Source of the DNA: Clostridia bacterium
GTDB taxonomy: Bacteria; Bacillota; Clostridia; Christensenellales; UBA1242
Direction: 5' to 3'
Length of the DNA stretch: 64,000 bases
Assembly: GCA_045639255.1 (NCBI GenBank)
Contig: JAZUCT010000011.1
Coordinates: 14,357 to 78,356 of the forward strand
Both the position numbers and the translations under genes were made by a program. Positions 19,976 to 28,249 of the stretch are shown here, in pieces. The notes beneath the pieces are model-generated. The model saw nothing but the letters and a program-made list of their open reading frames with translations. It was not told the origin of the DNA and searched no databases. Positions within the stretch are counted from its first letter, which is position 1. Each line of letters begins with the position of its first letter.

Positions 19976-21346
19976 TTATATTTTTTCAATTGTGTAACCT
20001 TCACGGCTATCAAGCACTTTAAAGCCAAGTGCAGAAATTTTATCACGCAATTCGTCACTTAAAGCCCAATTTTTTTGTTGCCTTGCAATTTTTCGTTGTT
20101 CGCAAAGGTCTTTAACATCTTGCGGAATTTCGGTTTTTTCTTCTGCAACTTCATCAAGTTTTAAGCCCAAAACCTTATCAAAAACAAGGCACATTTCATA
20201 AACATTTTTGTTTGGTTCAAGTTTAACAAGTTCCCATAACACGCCAACTGCAAGTGGAATGTTAACATCATCGTTAATTGCGCTAACAAATTTTTCAAAA
20301 TATGCAGTTAAATCCACAAATTCGCTGTGTGCATTTTTATGTTTAAGAACAAGTTCGTTTAACCTTTGCCTTGCAACTTTTGCACCATTTATTGCTTCAA
20401 AAGTGAAATTAAGTTTTTTGCGATAATGCGTGTTTAAGCAAAAATACCTATAATCAAGTGGGCTGTAACCCATTTTTTCAAGGTCTGCAATTGTATAGCA
20501 ATTTCCCAAACTTTTGCTCATTTTTCCGCCGTCAACTTGCAAAAATTCACCATGCAACCAAGTGTTAACAGTTTTATGGCCATTTAAAGCATCGTTTTGT
20601 GCAATTTCGTTTTCGTGGTGAACTGGCAAATGGTCAATTCCACCAGTGTGAATATCAATGTTTTCGCCAAAGAAATGTTTGCCCATTGCTGAACATTCAA
20701 TATGCCAACCAGGGCAACCAACACCCCAAGGGCTTTGCCATTTCATAATATGGTTTGGTGAAACAAATTTCCAAAGTGCAAAATCGCATGGGTTAAGTTT
20801 TTCGGTGTTAACTTCCACCCTTGCACCTGCAAGTTTATCTTCAAGTTTTGCACCGCTAAGCAATCCATATTTTGAAAATTTTGCAGTGTTAAAATAAACA
20901 CCATCGCTTATTGTGTATGTGAAACCTTTTTCTTCCAACCCTTTAACAAAATTAATCATAGGTTCAATAAACTCGGTTGCCTTTGCAATATGTTCTGGTT
21001 TTGAAATGTTAAGTTTTTCCAAATCTTCAAAAAAGAACTTTGTGTAATATTCAGCAATTTCAAGTGGTGATTTGTTTTGTTTTCTTGCACTTTGTTCCAT
21101 TTTATCTTCGCCACTGTCGGCATCGTCGGTTAAATGCCCAACATCTGTTATGTTCATAACACCATCAAGTTCATAGCCATTAAATTGAAGAACCCTTCTT
21201 ACAAGGTCCATAAAAACATAACTTCGCATGTTTCCAATATGAGCATAATAATAAACAGTTGGCCCGCAAGAATACATTGTTACCTTTTCTTTTTGCGGAA
21301 TAAATTCTTCTTTTTTGCGTGTTAGTGAATTATATAATTTAAGCAT
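19976..21346 (-). CDS. cysS: Cysteine--tRNA ligase
   Basis: 456 aa. CGPTVYYYAHIGN (HIGH-type) and KMSKSLGN motifs. Confidence 0.95.
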   Translation of the reverse strand: MLKLYNSLTRKKEEFIPQKEKVTMYSCGPTVYYYAHIGNMRSYVFMDLVRRVLQFNGYELDGVMNITDVGHLTDDADSGEDKMEQSARKQNKSPLEIAEYYTKFFFEDLEKLNISKPEHIAKATEFIEPMINFVKGLEEKGFTYTISDGVYFNTAKFSKYGLLSGAKLEDKLAGARVEVNTEKLNPCDFALWKFVSPNHIMKWQSPWGVGCPGWHIECSAMGKHFFGENIDIHTGGIDHLPVHHENEIAQNDALNGHKTVNTWLHGEFLQVDGGKMSKSLGNCYTIADLEKMGYSPLDYRYFCLNTHYRKKLNFTFEAINGAKVARQRLNELVLKHKNAHSEFVDLTAYFEKFVSAINDDVNIPLAVGVLWELVKLEPNKNVYEMCLVFDKVLGLKLDEVAEEKTEIPQDVKDLCEQRKIARQQKNWALSDELRDKISALGFKVLDSREGYTIEKI

Positions 21347-21505
21347 TTAAGCACCTTCTTTTTAAAAGTTTAATTTGTTCAATTAATAGTATATATGTTT
21401 TTTAACTTTTTTTCAACCTTATTTAAAACCGCTTTTAAACATTTTGTAAGTTTTTGATTAATAAAAAACATATGCATAATGTTATTCTTGCCATACAACA
21501 TTAAA

Positions 21506-21533
21506 AGTGAAAAAACTCGCGGGGCGAGTTTTT
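21506..21533 (-). terminator. Rho-independent terminator after 21534..23138
   Basis: AAACTCG-CGGGG-CGAGTTT hairpin (21512-21530) with a T-run on the minus strand. Confidence 0.6.
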
Positions 21534-23138
21534 TTATTTTGTGTTTATTTTTATTTGTTCAATAATTTTTTCTGCTGTGTTAATTCCATCAACGCCTGCA
21601 CTAACAATTCCACCTGCATAACCGCAACCTTCACCGCACGGATAAACCCCAAAAATGTTAACGCTTTGGCCATTTTCATTTCTTAAAACTCTTACTGGGC
21701 AAGAACTTCTTGTTTCAATTCCAGTAAGAATTGCTGTGGACGAAGCAAAACCTTTAATTTTTTTATTAAATTCAATTAATGCTTTTTCAATGCTTTCGCT
21801 AACAAAATCTGGCAAACATTTATGCAAATCGCATTTAACCGTGTTTGGCTTATACGATGGCGTAACGGATTTATAGTTTTCACATTTAACGCCTAAAAAA
21901 TCTTCCACAGTTTGAACTGGTGCGTTAAAGGTGTTTCCGTTTGGGTTTGCAAGTTCATATGCCTTTCGTTCCCAACTTTCTTGAAAATCAATTCCGCTTA
22001 ACACATTTGTTCCATACATGAAATCTTGCGGATTAACATTAACCAAAATGGCACTGTTCGAATTTTTTTCGTTTCGTGCAAAATAACTCATTCCATTAAC
22101 ATTAATTGTTCCGGGTTGATGCATTGCAGGAACAACAACTCCGCCCGGGCACATACAAAATGTGTAAGCACCACGGCCGTTATTCAAATGCACCGAAAGT
22201 TTATAGTCAGCGGTTGGCAAACCTGCAAAATAACCTAAACCATATTGGCTTTGGTTAATAAGTTCCCTATCGTGTTCAATTCTTACGCCCATTGAAAATG
22301 CTTTTGGTTGCATTTCAAAGTTAAGCAAATTTAACATTCTTAATGTGTCGCGGGCAGAATGACCAATTGCAAGCACAAGGTGATTGGTTTTAAATTCTTT
22401 TTCGCCCAATGGTGTGCTTACTTTAATGCTTTCAATTTTTCCATTGTTAATGTTAATGTGTTCAAGTTTATGTTCAAACAAAACTTTTCCACCTTTTTGA
22501 ATTATTTTTCGCCTTAGGTTTTTAACAACATTTTTAAGGTTATCACTGCCTATATGTGCCTTTGCCATATATTCAATTTGTTGCGGTGCACCACATTCAA
22601 CAAAGGTTCTTAAAAGTTTTTTAATGTGCGGGCTGTTAATTCCGGTGGTAAGTTTTCCATCGCTGAAAGTTCCGGCACCACCTTCTCCAAACAGCACATT
22701 GCTTTCAGGGTTAAGCGTGCCAAACTGCATAAGGTCAGAAATATCTTTTTGCCTGTTTTCTGCATCTTTGCCCCTTTCAATAAGAATTGGTTTTAACCCA
22801 GCAAGTGCAAGCCTGTAAGCACAAAACATTCCAGCAGGCCCACAACCAACAACAATTGGTGAAAATTGTGAAAATAAATTGCTTTCTTCAAAATAAAAAT
22901 CTTTTTCGCATTCTTCAAACTGTTCAAATCTGCGGCGAATTTTAAGTTTTTCTTTCAATTCAACTGCAACAGAAAACACATAAAAAATGTGTGGTTTATG
23001 TCGGCTGTCAATGCTTTGTTTTAAAATTTTTATTTTTCCAAGTTTTTCAACTGGCAAGCAAACAATGTTTGAAATTTCTTGCTTTAAACCGTCAATGCCC
23101 AATTCAACTGGCACTTTTATATCTGTTAGTTTTATCAT
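21534..23138 (-). CDS. FAD-dependent dehydrogenase (COG2509-type NAD(FAD)-utilising protein)
   Basis: 534 aa. Rossmann motif VVGCGPAGMFCA and C-terminal GEGCGYAGGIVSAGVDG, typical of this family. Confidence 0.65.
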   Translation of the reverse strand: MIKLTDIKVPVELGIDGLKQEISNIVCLPVEKLGKIKILKQSIDSRHKPHIFYVFSVAVELKEKLKIRRRFEQFEECEKDFYFEESNLFSQFSPIVVGCGPAGMFCAYRLALAGLKPILIERGKDAENRQKDISDLMQFGTLNPESNVLFGEGGAGTFSDGKLTTGINSPHIKKLLRTFVECGAPQQIEYMAKAHIGSDNLKNVVKNLRRKIIQKGGKVLFEHKLEHININNGKIESIKVSTPLGEKEFKTNHLVLAIGHSARDTLRMLNLLNFEMQPKAFSMGVRIEHDRELINQSQYGLGYFAGLPTADYKLSVHLNNGRGAYTFCMCPGGVVVPAMHQPGTINVNGMSYFARNEKNSNSAILVNVNPQDFMYGTNVLSGIDFQESWERKAYELANPNGNTFNAPVQTVEDFLGVKCENYKSVTPSYKPNTVKCDLHKCLPDFVSESIEKALIEFNKKIKGFASSTAILTGIETRSSCPVRVLRNENGQSVNIFGVYPCGEGCGYAGGIVSAGVDGINTAEKIIEQIKINTK

Positions 23139-23139
23139 G

Positions 23140-24348
23140 TTATTCCTTAATGTTATTAATAATTAATTTAACGCTTAAACCTGCGCTTGCAAGTGCAAAC
23201 ATAAGGTTATAGCCACCACAAACACCATCGATGTTAAGCATTTCACCGCTTAAATATAAGCCAGAAACAAGTTTCGATTGCGTTAAGTTAAGTTCATTAA
23301 CTTCCACTCCGCCACAAGTAACCTGATTGTTTTCGTAAGTGTCACAAACATCAAGTGCAAATTTTTTTATTTGCTTTGCAATTTGTTTTGGTGTTTTATG
23401 TTTTTCAAAAAGCCATTTAGCCAATGGTTTTGCAAACCAACCATAAAGGCAGTTAAGCATGTTTTCTGCACCTTGAACAAAAAAGTTATTTAATTTTTCT
23501 TCAATTTTTTCACACGGAACATCTGGCAATAAATCAAGATGCAACTTAAATTTTTGGTTATTGTTGCGTGCAACAACTGCACTTGCATTCATAACACAAA
23601 TTCCGCTTATGCCATTATCTTTAAAAATAATTTCACCAGTTTCAGCAAAAGTGTTTAAGGTTATTTCAACCAGTGGAGAATGTGAACTTTTTAAAATTTC
23701 ATTTTCAAATTCAACAAAAATTTTTGCTTTATGAACCCTAACACCACTTATTTGTTTTAAGTTTTGTGTTGTTTTAAAACCAACCAAACTTTTGGCAAGT
23801 GGTGTTATTGAATGCCCCAGTTCTTTGGCAAGGTTAACCGCACTTCCGCCACAACACAACAAAACATTTTTTGCTGAAATGTTTTGGTTGTTAACTTTTA
23901 ACTTAAAAATGTTGTTAACTTTTTCAATGCCCTTCACTTCACTTTCAAGCATTATTTCTGCACCAAATTTTGCAAGCGTGTTTGAAAGCACAGAAACAAC
24001 ACACGCACTGCTGTTGCTTGTTGGATAAACTCGGCCTTCGCTATCGGCATAAAAACTTAAACCCCATTCTTCAAGTTGAACAAGAATTGGTTTTGCAAAA
24101 TTTGTTAATTTTTCTTTGTTTGCAAATTTTTCAAAAATTTGCTTAACAAATTCTGAATTGTTATAACAATGACCATATAAGTTTGTGTTTGCAATGTTGC
24201 ATCGACCATTGCCAGTTGCCAAAAGTTTTTTGCCAAGTTTGTTTTCTTTTTCAATAATAAGTGTTTTTAAGTTGTTTTTGCTTGCAAGTGCACCTGCAAA
24301 CAAACCACCTGCACCACCGCCAACAATAACTAAATCGTAAGTTTTCAT
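23140..24348 (-). CDS. HI0933/BaiN-like flavoprotein (NAD(P)/FAD-dependent oxidoreductase)
   Basis: 402 aa. YDLVIVGGGAGGLFAG N-terminus, TGNGRCN motif, and C-terminal GGYNLMFALASG-like tail. Confidence 0.65.
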   Translation of the reverse strand: MKTYDLVIVGGGAGGLFAGALASKNNLKTLIIEKENKLGKKLLATGNGRCNIANTNLYGHCYNNSEFVKQIFEKFANKEKLTNFAKPILVQLEEWGLSFYADSEGRVYPTSNSSACVVSVLSNTLAKFGAEIMLESEVKGIEKVNNIFKLKVNNQNISAKNVLLCCGGSAVNLAKELGHSITPLAKSLVGFKTTQNLKQISGVRVHKAKIFVEFENEILKSSHSPLVEITLNTFAETGEIIFKDNGISGICVMNASAVVARNNNQKFKLHLDLLPDVPCEKIEEKLNNFFVQGAENMLNCLYGWFAKPLAKWLFEKHKTPKQIAKQIKKFALDVCDTYENNQVTCGGVEVNELNLTQSKLVSGLYLSGEMLNIDGVCGGYNLMFALASAGLSVKLIINNIKE

Positions 24349-24416
24349 TTTATTTTCCTTTGTGAATATTTTAATATATTGTTAAAATTTAAGCAACCAA
24401 ATAAAAAAACGCAAAT

Positions 24417-24516
24417 GAGATTTAAGGTTAGGACTTCGAAGTTTTACGCTACGCTAGATTCTCGTTCGCCATATAATGGCTCCGAGAATGACACAAGGGG
24501 GGGTAGTGCCTTGAAT
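24417..24516. repeat. Structured repeat, copy A (single arm 24447-24493 plus extra sequence)
   Basis: CGCTACGCTAGATTCTCG-TTCG-CCATataATGG-CTC-CGAGAATGACA matches the arms of the elements at 27487-27621 and 42184-42313. Flanked by the direct repeat CCAAATAAAAAAACGCAAAT (24397-24416 and 24522-24541). Confidence 0.7.
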
Positions 24517-24527
24517 GCAAACCAAAT

Positions 24528-24556
24528 AAAAAAACGCAAATTGCTTTGCGTTTTTA
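24528..24556 (-). terminator. rplL rho-independent terminator
   Basis: CGCAAA-TTGC-TTTGCG hairpin (24535-24550) with a T-run on the minus strand, 20 nt after the rplL stop. Confidence 0.7.
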
Positions 24557-24577
24557 AAAAGGTTCAATTGTTTAAAA

Positions 24578-24949
24578 CTATTTAAGTTCAACAGTTGCGC
24601 CAGCTTCTTTAAGTTTTGCTTCAAGAGCTTTTGCTTCGTCTGCTGAAACATTTTCTTTAAGTGTTGAAGGTGCACCATCAACAAGAGCTTTTGCTTCGCC
24701 TAGGCCAAGACCAGTTGCTTCACGAACTGCTTTAATAACTGCAATTTTGTTTGCTCCAACTTCTTTAAGAACAACATTAAATTCAGTTTTTTCTTCAACT
24801 GCTTCTGCAGCAGCACCAACTGCTGGACCAGCAACTGCCATAGCAGCAGCACTTACTCCAAATTTTTCTTCTAGCATTTTAACTAGGTCGTTAACTTCAA
24901 CCAAAGTTAAGCTTTCAATTTCTTCAACGATTTTATTTAAATCAGCCAT
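24578..24949 (-). CDS. rplL: 50S ribosomal protein L7/L12
   Basis: 123 aa. Ala-rich hinge followed by [27 protein letters not shown]. Confidence 0.97.
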   Translation of the reverse strand: MADLNKIVEEIESLTLVEVNDLVKMLEEKFGVSAAAMAVAGPAVGAAAEAVEEKTEFNVVLKEVGANKIAVIKAVREATGLGLGEAKALVDGAPSTLKENVSADEAKALEAKLKEAGATVELK

Positions 24950-25054
24950 TTTAAATTCTCCCTTATAATTAATATTTTTTTAATTTAAGTTTAACCATTC
25001 AACTTTAAAGGCAGGCAATTTTAACTTTTGCCAAAAGTTTTAAGTTTTGAAAAC

Positions 25055-25537
25055 CTATTTCTTTTCACTAACCTGAGAAAGCACGCAAGCCAAACTGCGA
25101 ACTGGTGCTTTAAGCATACCAAGCAATTGAGCAATAAGCACTTCTTTTGAAGGAAGTTTTGAAAGTTTTTCAATGTAACTTAATTCAACAGCTTTGCCGT
25201 TAACAATGCCACCTTTTGCAGAAAGTTCCTTAATATCTTTCATTGCGTTGTAAGCAATTCTTGGTGCGCCAACTTCATCTTCATAACTGAATGCAATTGA
25301 AGTGTTGCCTTCAAGAACTTTATCAAAGCCTTCAATGTTAAGGTCTTTTAAAGCAAGGTTAATAAGTCTGTTCTTATAAACTTTATATTCACCGTTTTCT
25401 TTTCTGAAAGCGTTTCTAACTTTGTTATCTTGTTCAACAGTTAAACCGGTGTAGTTAAGAAGAACAACTGATTTTGCATTGGAAATTTTTTCTTTAATTT
25501 CTTCAACAATTTGTTGTTTTGCTGTTTTGTTAGACAT
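25055..25537 (-). CDS. rplJ: 50S ribosomal protein L10
   Basis: 160 aa, immediately upstream of rplL. L10 pattern (VVLLNYTGLTVEQDNKVR). Confidence 0.95.
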   Translation of the reverse strand: MSNKTAKQQIVEEIKEKISNAKSVVLLNYTGLTVEQDNKVRNAFRKENGEYKVYKNRLINLALKDLNIEGFDKVLEGNTSIAFSYEDEVGAPRIAYNAMKDIKELSAKGGIVNGKAVELSYIEKLSKLPSKEVLIAQLLGMLKAPVRSLACVLSQVSEKK

Positions 25538-25708
25538 ACAATTTCCCCCTTTATAATTTAAGAAAAAAATAAACCCTTATGCCATATTAAAGCATAAGGG
25601 TTTTATAAAAAACACTTATAAATTAACCTCGGTAAGCAACCAAAATGGAAATTATATTGCATTGAATTGCAAAACTTACTGTCTATGGCAATAAAAACTT
25701 ATTAAATT
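25538..25708 (-). promoter_or_regulatory. rplJ leader with an intrinsic terminator/attenuator (candidate L10 leader)
   Basis: About 170-nt leader between the promoter and the SD. Contains the hairpin AAACCCTTATGC...GCATAAGGGTTT (25571-25603) followed by a T-run on the minus strand, about 25 nt before the rplJ ATG. Confidence 0.5.
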
Positions 25709-25715
25709 CTGAGAT

Positions 25716-25744
25716 ATTCTAGCACTAAAAAATAATATTGTCAA
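25716..25744 (-). promoter_or_regulatory. Sigma-A promoter of the rplJ-rplL operon
   Basis: The minus strand reads TTGACA (25744-25739), 17-nt spacer, TAGAAT (25721-25716). Confidence 0.7.
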
Positions 25745-25756
25745 GGGTTTTTAGCA

Positions 25757-25783
25757 ACAAAAAAACTCGCAATGCGAGTTTAT
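25757..25783 (-). terminator. rpsR operon terminator
   Basis: AAACTCGC-AAT-GCGAGTTT hairpin (25763-25781) plus a T-run on the minus strand. Confidence 0.65.
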
Positions 25784-25796
25784 TTTTAAAAAAACA

Positions 25797-26069
25797 TTAA
25801 TCTCCTACATAAGGTAGAAGTGCCATATTTCTTGCGCGTTTAATTGCAGTTGTAACTTCGCGTTGGTGTTTTGCGCAAGTGCCAGTTTGACGCCTTGAAA
25901 CAATTTTACCTTTTTCAGTGATATATTTTCTTAGTTTGTTAACATCTTTATAGTCAATGCATTCAACTTTATCAGCACAGAAAGCACAAACTTTTTTTCT
26001 TGACATTCTTTTTTTCTTGAAAACTTTTTCTTCTGATTTAACAAACTTTTCTTCTTGCATATCAGCCAT
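25797..26069 (-). CDS. rpsR: 30S ribosomal protein S18
   Basis: 90 aa. [15 protein letters not shown]...[25 protein letters not shown]. Confidence 0.97.
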   Translation of the reverse strand: MADMQEEKFVKSEEKVFKKKRMSRKKVCAFCADKVECIDYKDVNKLRKYITEKGKIVSRRQTGTCAKHQREVTTAIKRARNMALLPYVGD

Positions 26070-26112
26070 TTAAATTTCTCCTTTTAATAAAATAATTAAT
26101 TCCGGTTAACAC

Positions 26113-26520
26113 CTAGAATGGAAGATCTTCATCATCAACAGGTTGAAGAGTTGGTTTAACATCTTCTTTTGGTTCTTGGCTGTATTCCCTTGAACCATCA
26201 TCTTGTTTAGGGCCAACAAATTCAACATCTTCAACAACCACTTCGGTTACTGTGCGTTTTGAACCATCGTTTGCTTCATAACTTCTGGTTTGCAAACTTC
26301 CAACAACGCCAATTCTTGAACCTTTTTTGAAATATTTGTTAACAAATTCTGCGTTGTTTCGCCATGCAACAAGATTAATAAAATCTGCTTCACGGTTGCC
26401 ATCGGCATTTGCAAATCTGCGTTGAACAGCAATTGAAAATCTTGCAAAAGCAACTCCGCTTGGTGTTGTTTGATATTCTGGATCACGGGTAAGGTTACCC
26501 ACTAAAATAACTTTATTCAT
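26113..26520 (-). CDS. ssb: Single-stranded DNA-binding protein
   Basis: 135 aa. MNKVILVGNLTRDPE OB-fold N-terminus and acidic tail DDEDLPF. Confidence 0.95.
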   Translation of the reverse strand: MNKVILVGNLTRDPEYQTTPSGVAFARFSIAVQRRFANADGNREADFINLVAWRNNAEFVNKYFKKGSRIGVVGSLQTRSYEANDGSKRTVTEVVVEDVEFVGPKQDDGSREYSQEPKEDVKPTLQPVDDEDLPF

Positions 26521-26540
26521 TTCTTAATCTCCTTAAATTC

Positions 26541-26822
26541 CTATTTTGCAATGCAAAGGCTTCTTAACACATGTTCGTTAATTTTAAAGAAGCTTTCAAT
26601 TTTAGCTGGAACAGTGCTGTCAGCAACAAAGTTCACAAGAACATAGAACCCTTCGTTTTTGAAATTAACAGTGTAAGCGAATTTTTTAAGGCCAGTTTTT
26701 TCAACTTCAACATCAGTTCCGCCGTTAGAAGCAATTATTTCAGTAACTTTGTTAATGATGCTTTCTCTTTCTTCATCAGAGATGCTTGGAGAAATGGCAA
26801 AATTCAATTCATACTTTTTCAT
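26541..26822 (-). CDS. rpsF: 30S ribosomal protein S6
   Basis: Start at ATG 26822 (MKKYELNF), preceded by GGGAGG. Sits in the rpsF-ssb-rpsR order. Confidence 0.9.
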   Translation of the reverse strand: MKKYELNFAISPSISDEERESIINKVTEIIASNGGTDVEVEKTGLKKFAYTVNFKNEGFYVLVNFVADSTVPAKIESFFKINEHVLRSLCIAK

Positions 26823-26946
26823 TTTTTTAACCTCCCTTTTGGACTTATGGTCAGTGCATTTAAGCACCAACAAGGAACAGTTTTTTAACTGCTACCAAGC
26901 ATTATAGCAAAAAGAAAAGAAAATTGCAAGTGTTATATTGTTTCTT

Positions 26947-27279
26947 TTATGAATCATATTTATAAGCAATTTTATTTTTCTTTTTTCCGTTTAAATTTAA
27001 TATGTAACCATCTTCAACTTTGCACCACCAATTCGGATTGTTTCCTGCAAGTGCATTTAAAATTTCATTATCTGTTATATCAGAACTTTTAACCAACTTT
27101 AAATGTTCTATTTTAATTTCTGCATTAATATCGTCTGCAAAAGTGATAGGGTCTTCACGAAAAAATTCAAATTTTCCATCTCTTATTTCAGCACTTAAAA
27201 TATGACCTTCATCACCGTAATAAATTCCAAATTTTTCATATTCATTTGAAATAATTTTTACTCTGTCTAAATATTTCAT
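26947..27279 (-). CDS. Small cytoplasmic protein, immunity/antitoxin-like (possible DUF4926-like fold)
   Basis: Start at ATG 27279 (MKYLDRVKII), preceded by AGGGAG. It sits directly after the stop of the toxin-like fragment. The family assignment is only a resemblance. Confidence 0.4.
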   Translation of the reverse strand: MKYLDRVKIISNEYEKFGIYYGDEGHILSAEIRDGKFEFFREDPITFADDINAEIKIEHLKLVKSSDITDNEILNALAGNNPNWWCKVEDGYILNLNGKKKNKIAYKYDS

Positions 27280-27290
27280 TTTTTCTCCCT

Positions 27291-27479
27291 TTACTCTGCC
27301 CAACCACCAAATGGAGTGTTATTATGCAATTTACCATTTGGATAAGCCGTCCAGCCTGTTATAAATCTATAAGTTTGTTTTTCTTTTAAACCCTTACCTT
27401 TTAATTCTAATTCAATATTAACTTTTTGTCCATAAATATTTAAATTTCCTAAAAAGCAAAAAGGTGACAAAATTTTTAA
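27291..27479 (-). pseudogene. 5'-truncated fragment, possibly the C-terminal end of a polymorphic-toxin-type protein
   Basis: 62 sense codons are open between TAA (27482-27480) and TAA (27293-27291), giving ...LGNLNIYGQKVNIELELKGKGLKEKQTYRFITGWTAYPNGKLHNNTPFGGWAE. There is no ATG or RBS. The 5' end lies 8 nt from repeat copy B. Confidence 0.3.
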
Positions 27480-27486
27480 TTATTTC

Positions 27487-27621
27487 TTATAGCTATCGCT
27501 AGATTCTCGCTTCGTGGAACAAGTTCCACTTTGCAAGAATGACAATAAGAGAAATATAACCAATTCCTGTCATTCTTGGAGCGAACATAGTGAGTGAACG
27601 AGAATCTAGCGATAGCGATAA
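27487..27621. repeat. Structured inverted-doublet repeat, copy B (REPIN/MITE-like)
   Basis: 23-nt terminal inverted repeats TTATAGCTATCGCTAGATTCTCG and CGAGAATCTAGCGATAGCGATAA with 1 mismatch. Each arm continues into an inner hairpin and (C/T)AAGAATGACA. The central spacer is about 25 nt. Confidence 0.75.
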
Positions 27622-27650
27622 AACAAAAAACAGCGTAATGCTGTTTATTT
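27622..27650 (-). terminator. recR terminator
   Basis: AACAGC-GTAAT-GCTGTT hairpin (27629-27645) flanked by an A-run and a T-run. Confidence 0.6.
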
Positions 27651-27652
27651 TT

Positions 27653-28246
27653 TTATAACATTTTTCGTTCGCTTAGGGCTTTTCCAAGAGTTACTTCATC
27701 GGCAAATTCAAGGTCAGAACCCATTGAAATTCCTTGTGCAATTCGGCTAACTTTAATTTCAAGTGGTTTTAAAAGTTTTGCAATATACATTGCTGTTGCT
27801 TCGCCTTCCACATCTGGATTGGTTGCAAGCACAACTTCTTCCACTTCGCCAGCATTAACCCTTTGCAAAAGTTCTTTAATTCTTATATCGTTTGGACCTT
27901 TGTTGTTAAGCGGATTTAACACACCGTGCAAAACATGATATACACATTCAAAATTTTTAACTTTTTCAAGTGCAATAATATCTTTTGGATAAGCAACCAC
28001 ACAAACAATTTTTGAACTTCTGTTTGCACAAATATAGCATGGTTGAACATCGGTGAAATTTCCACAACAAGAACAATATTTCACTTCGTTTTTAACACGC
28101 ATAATGTTTTCGGCAAAATCTTTTGCATCTTGTTCTGGCATGTTAATAACAGCATAGGCATAGCGAGATGCTGTTTTTCTGCCCACTCCACCAAGTTTTG
28201 TGAAACTGTTTGTTAACTTTTCCAAACTTTCAATATAGTTTTTCAT
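27653..28246 (-). CDS. recR: Recombination protein RecR
   Basis: 197 aa. Helix-hairpin-helix N-terminus (LPGVG-like GGVGRKTASR), C4 zinc finger (CSCCGN...CYIC) and Toprim domain. Confidence 0.95.
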   Translation of the reverse strand: MKNYIESLEKLTNSFTKLGGVGRKTASRYAYAVINMPEQDAKDFAENIMRVKNEVKYCSCCGNFTDVQPCYICANRSSKIVCVVAYPKDIIALEKVKNFECVYHVLHGVLNPLNNKGPNDIRIKELLQRVNAGEVEEVVLATNPDVEGEATAMYIAKLLKPLEIKVSRIAQGISMGSDLEFADEVTLGKALSERKML

Positions 28247-28249
28247 TTT

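Noticed and set aside
21347-21533. T-box leader upstream of cysS (also checked upstream of metG, 38190-38446)
   Set aside because: I saw neither the conserved T-box sequence (..GGTGG.ACC.CG..) nor a leader of adequate length and structure on the relevant strands.
24447-24493. Known RNA or recombination classes for the repeat arms (hammerhead or other small ribozymes, group II intron domain V, attC, dif/Xer site, tRNA-like)
   Set aside because: None of the conserved cores I could recall is present: CUGAUGA/GAAA, the AGC-triad hairpin, R'/R'' GTTRRRY boxes, or the Firmicute dif consensus. The resemblance is limited to being a hairpin with conserved flanks.
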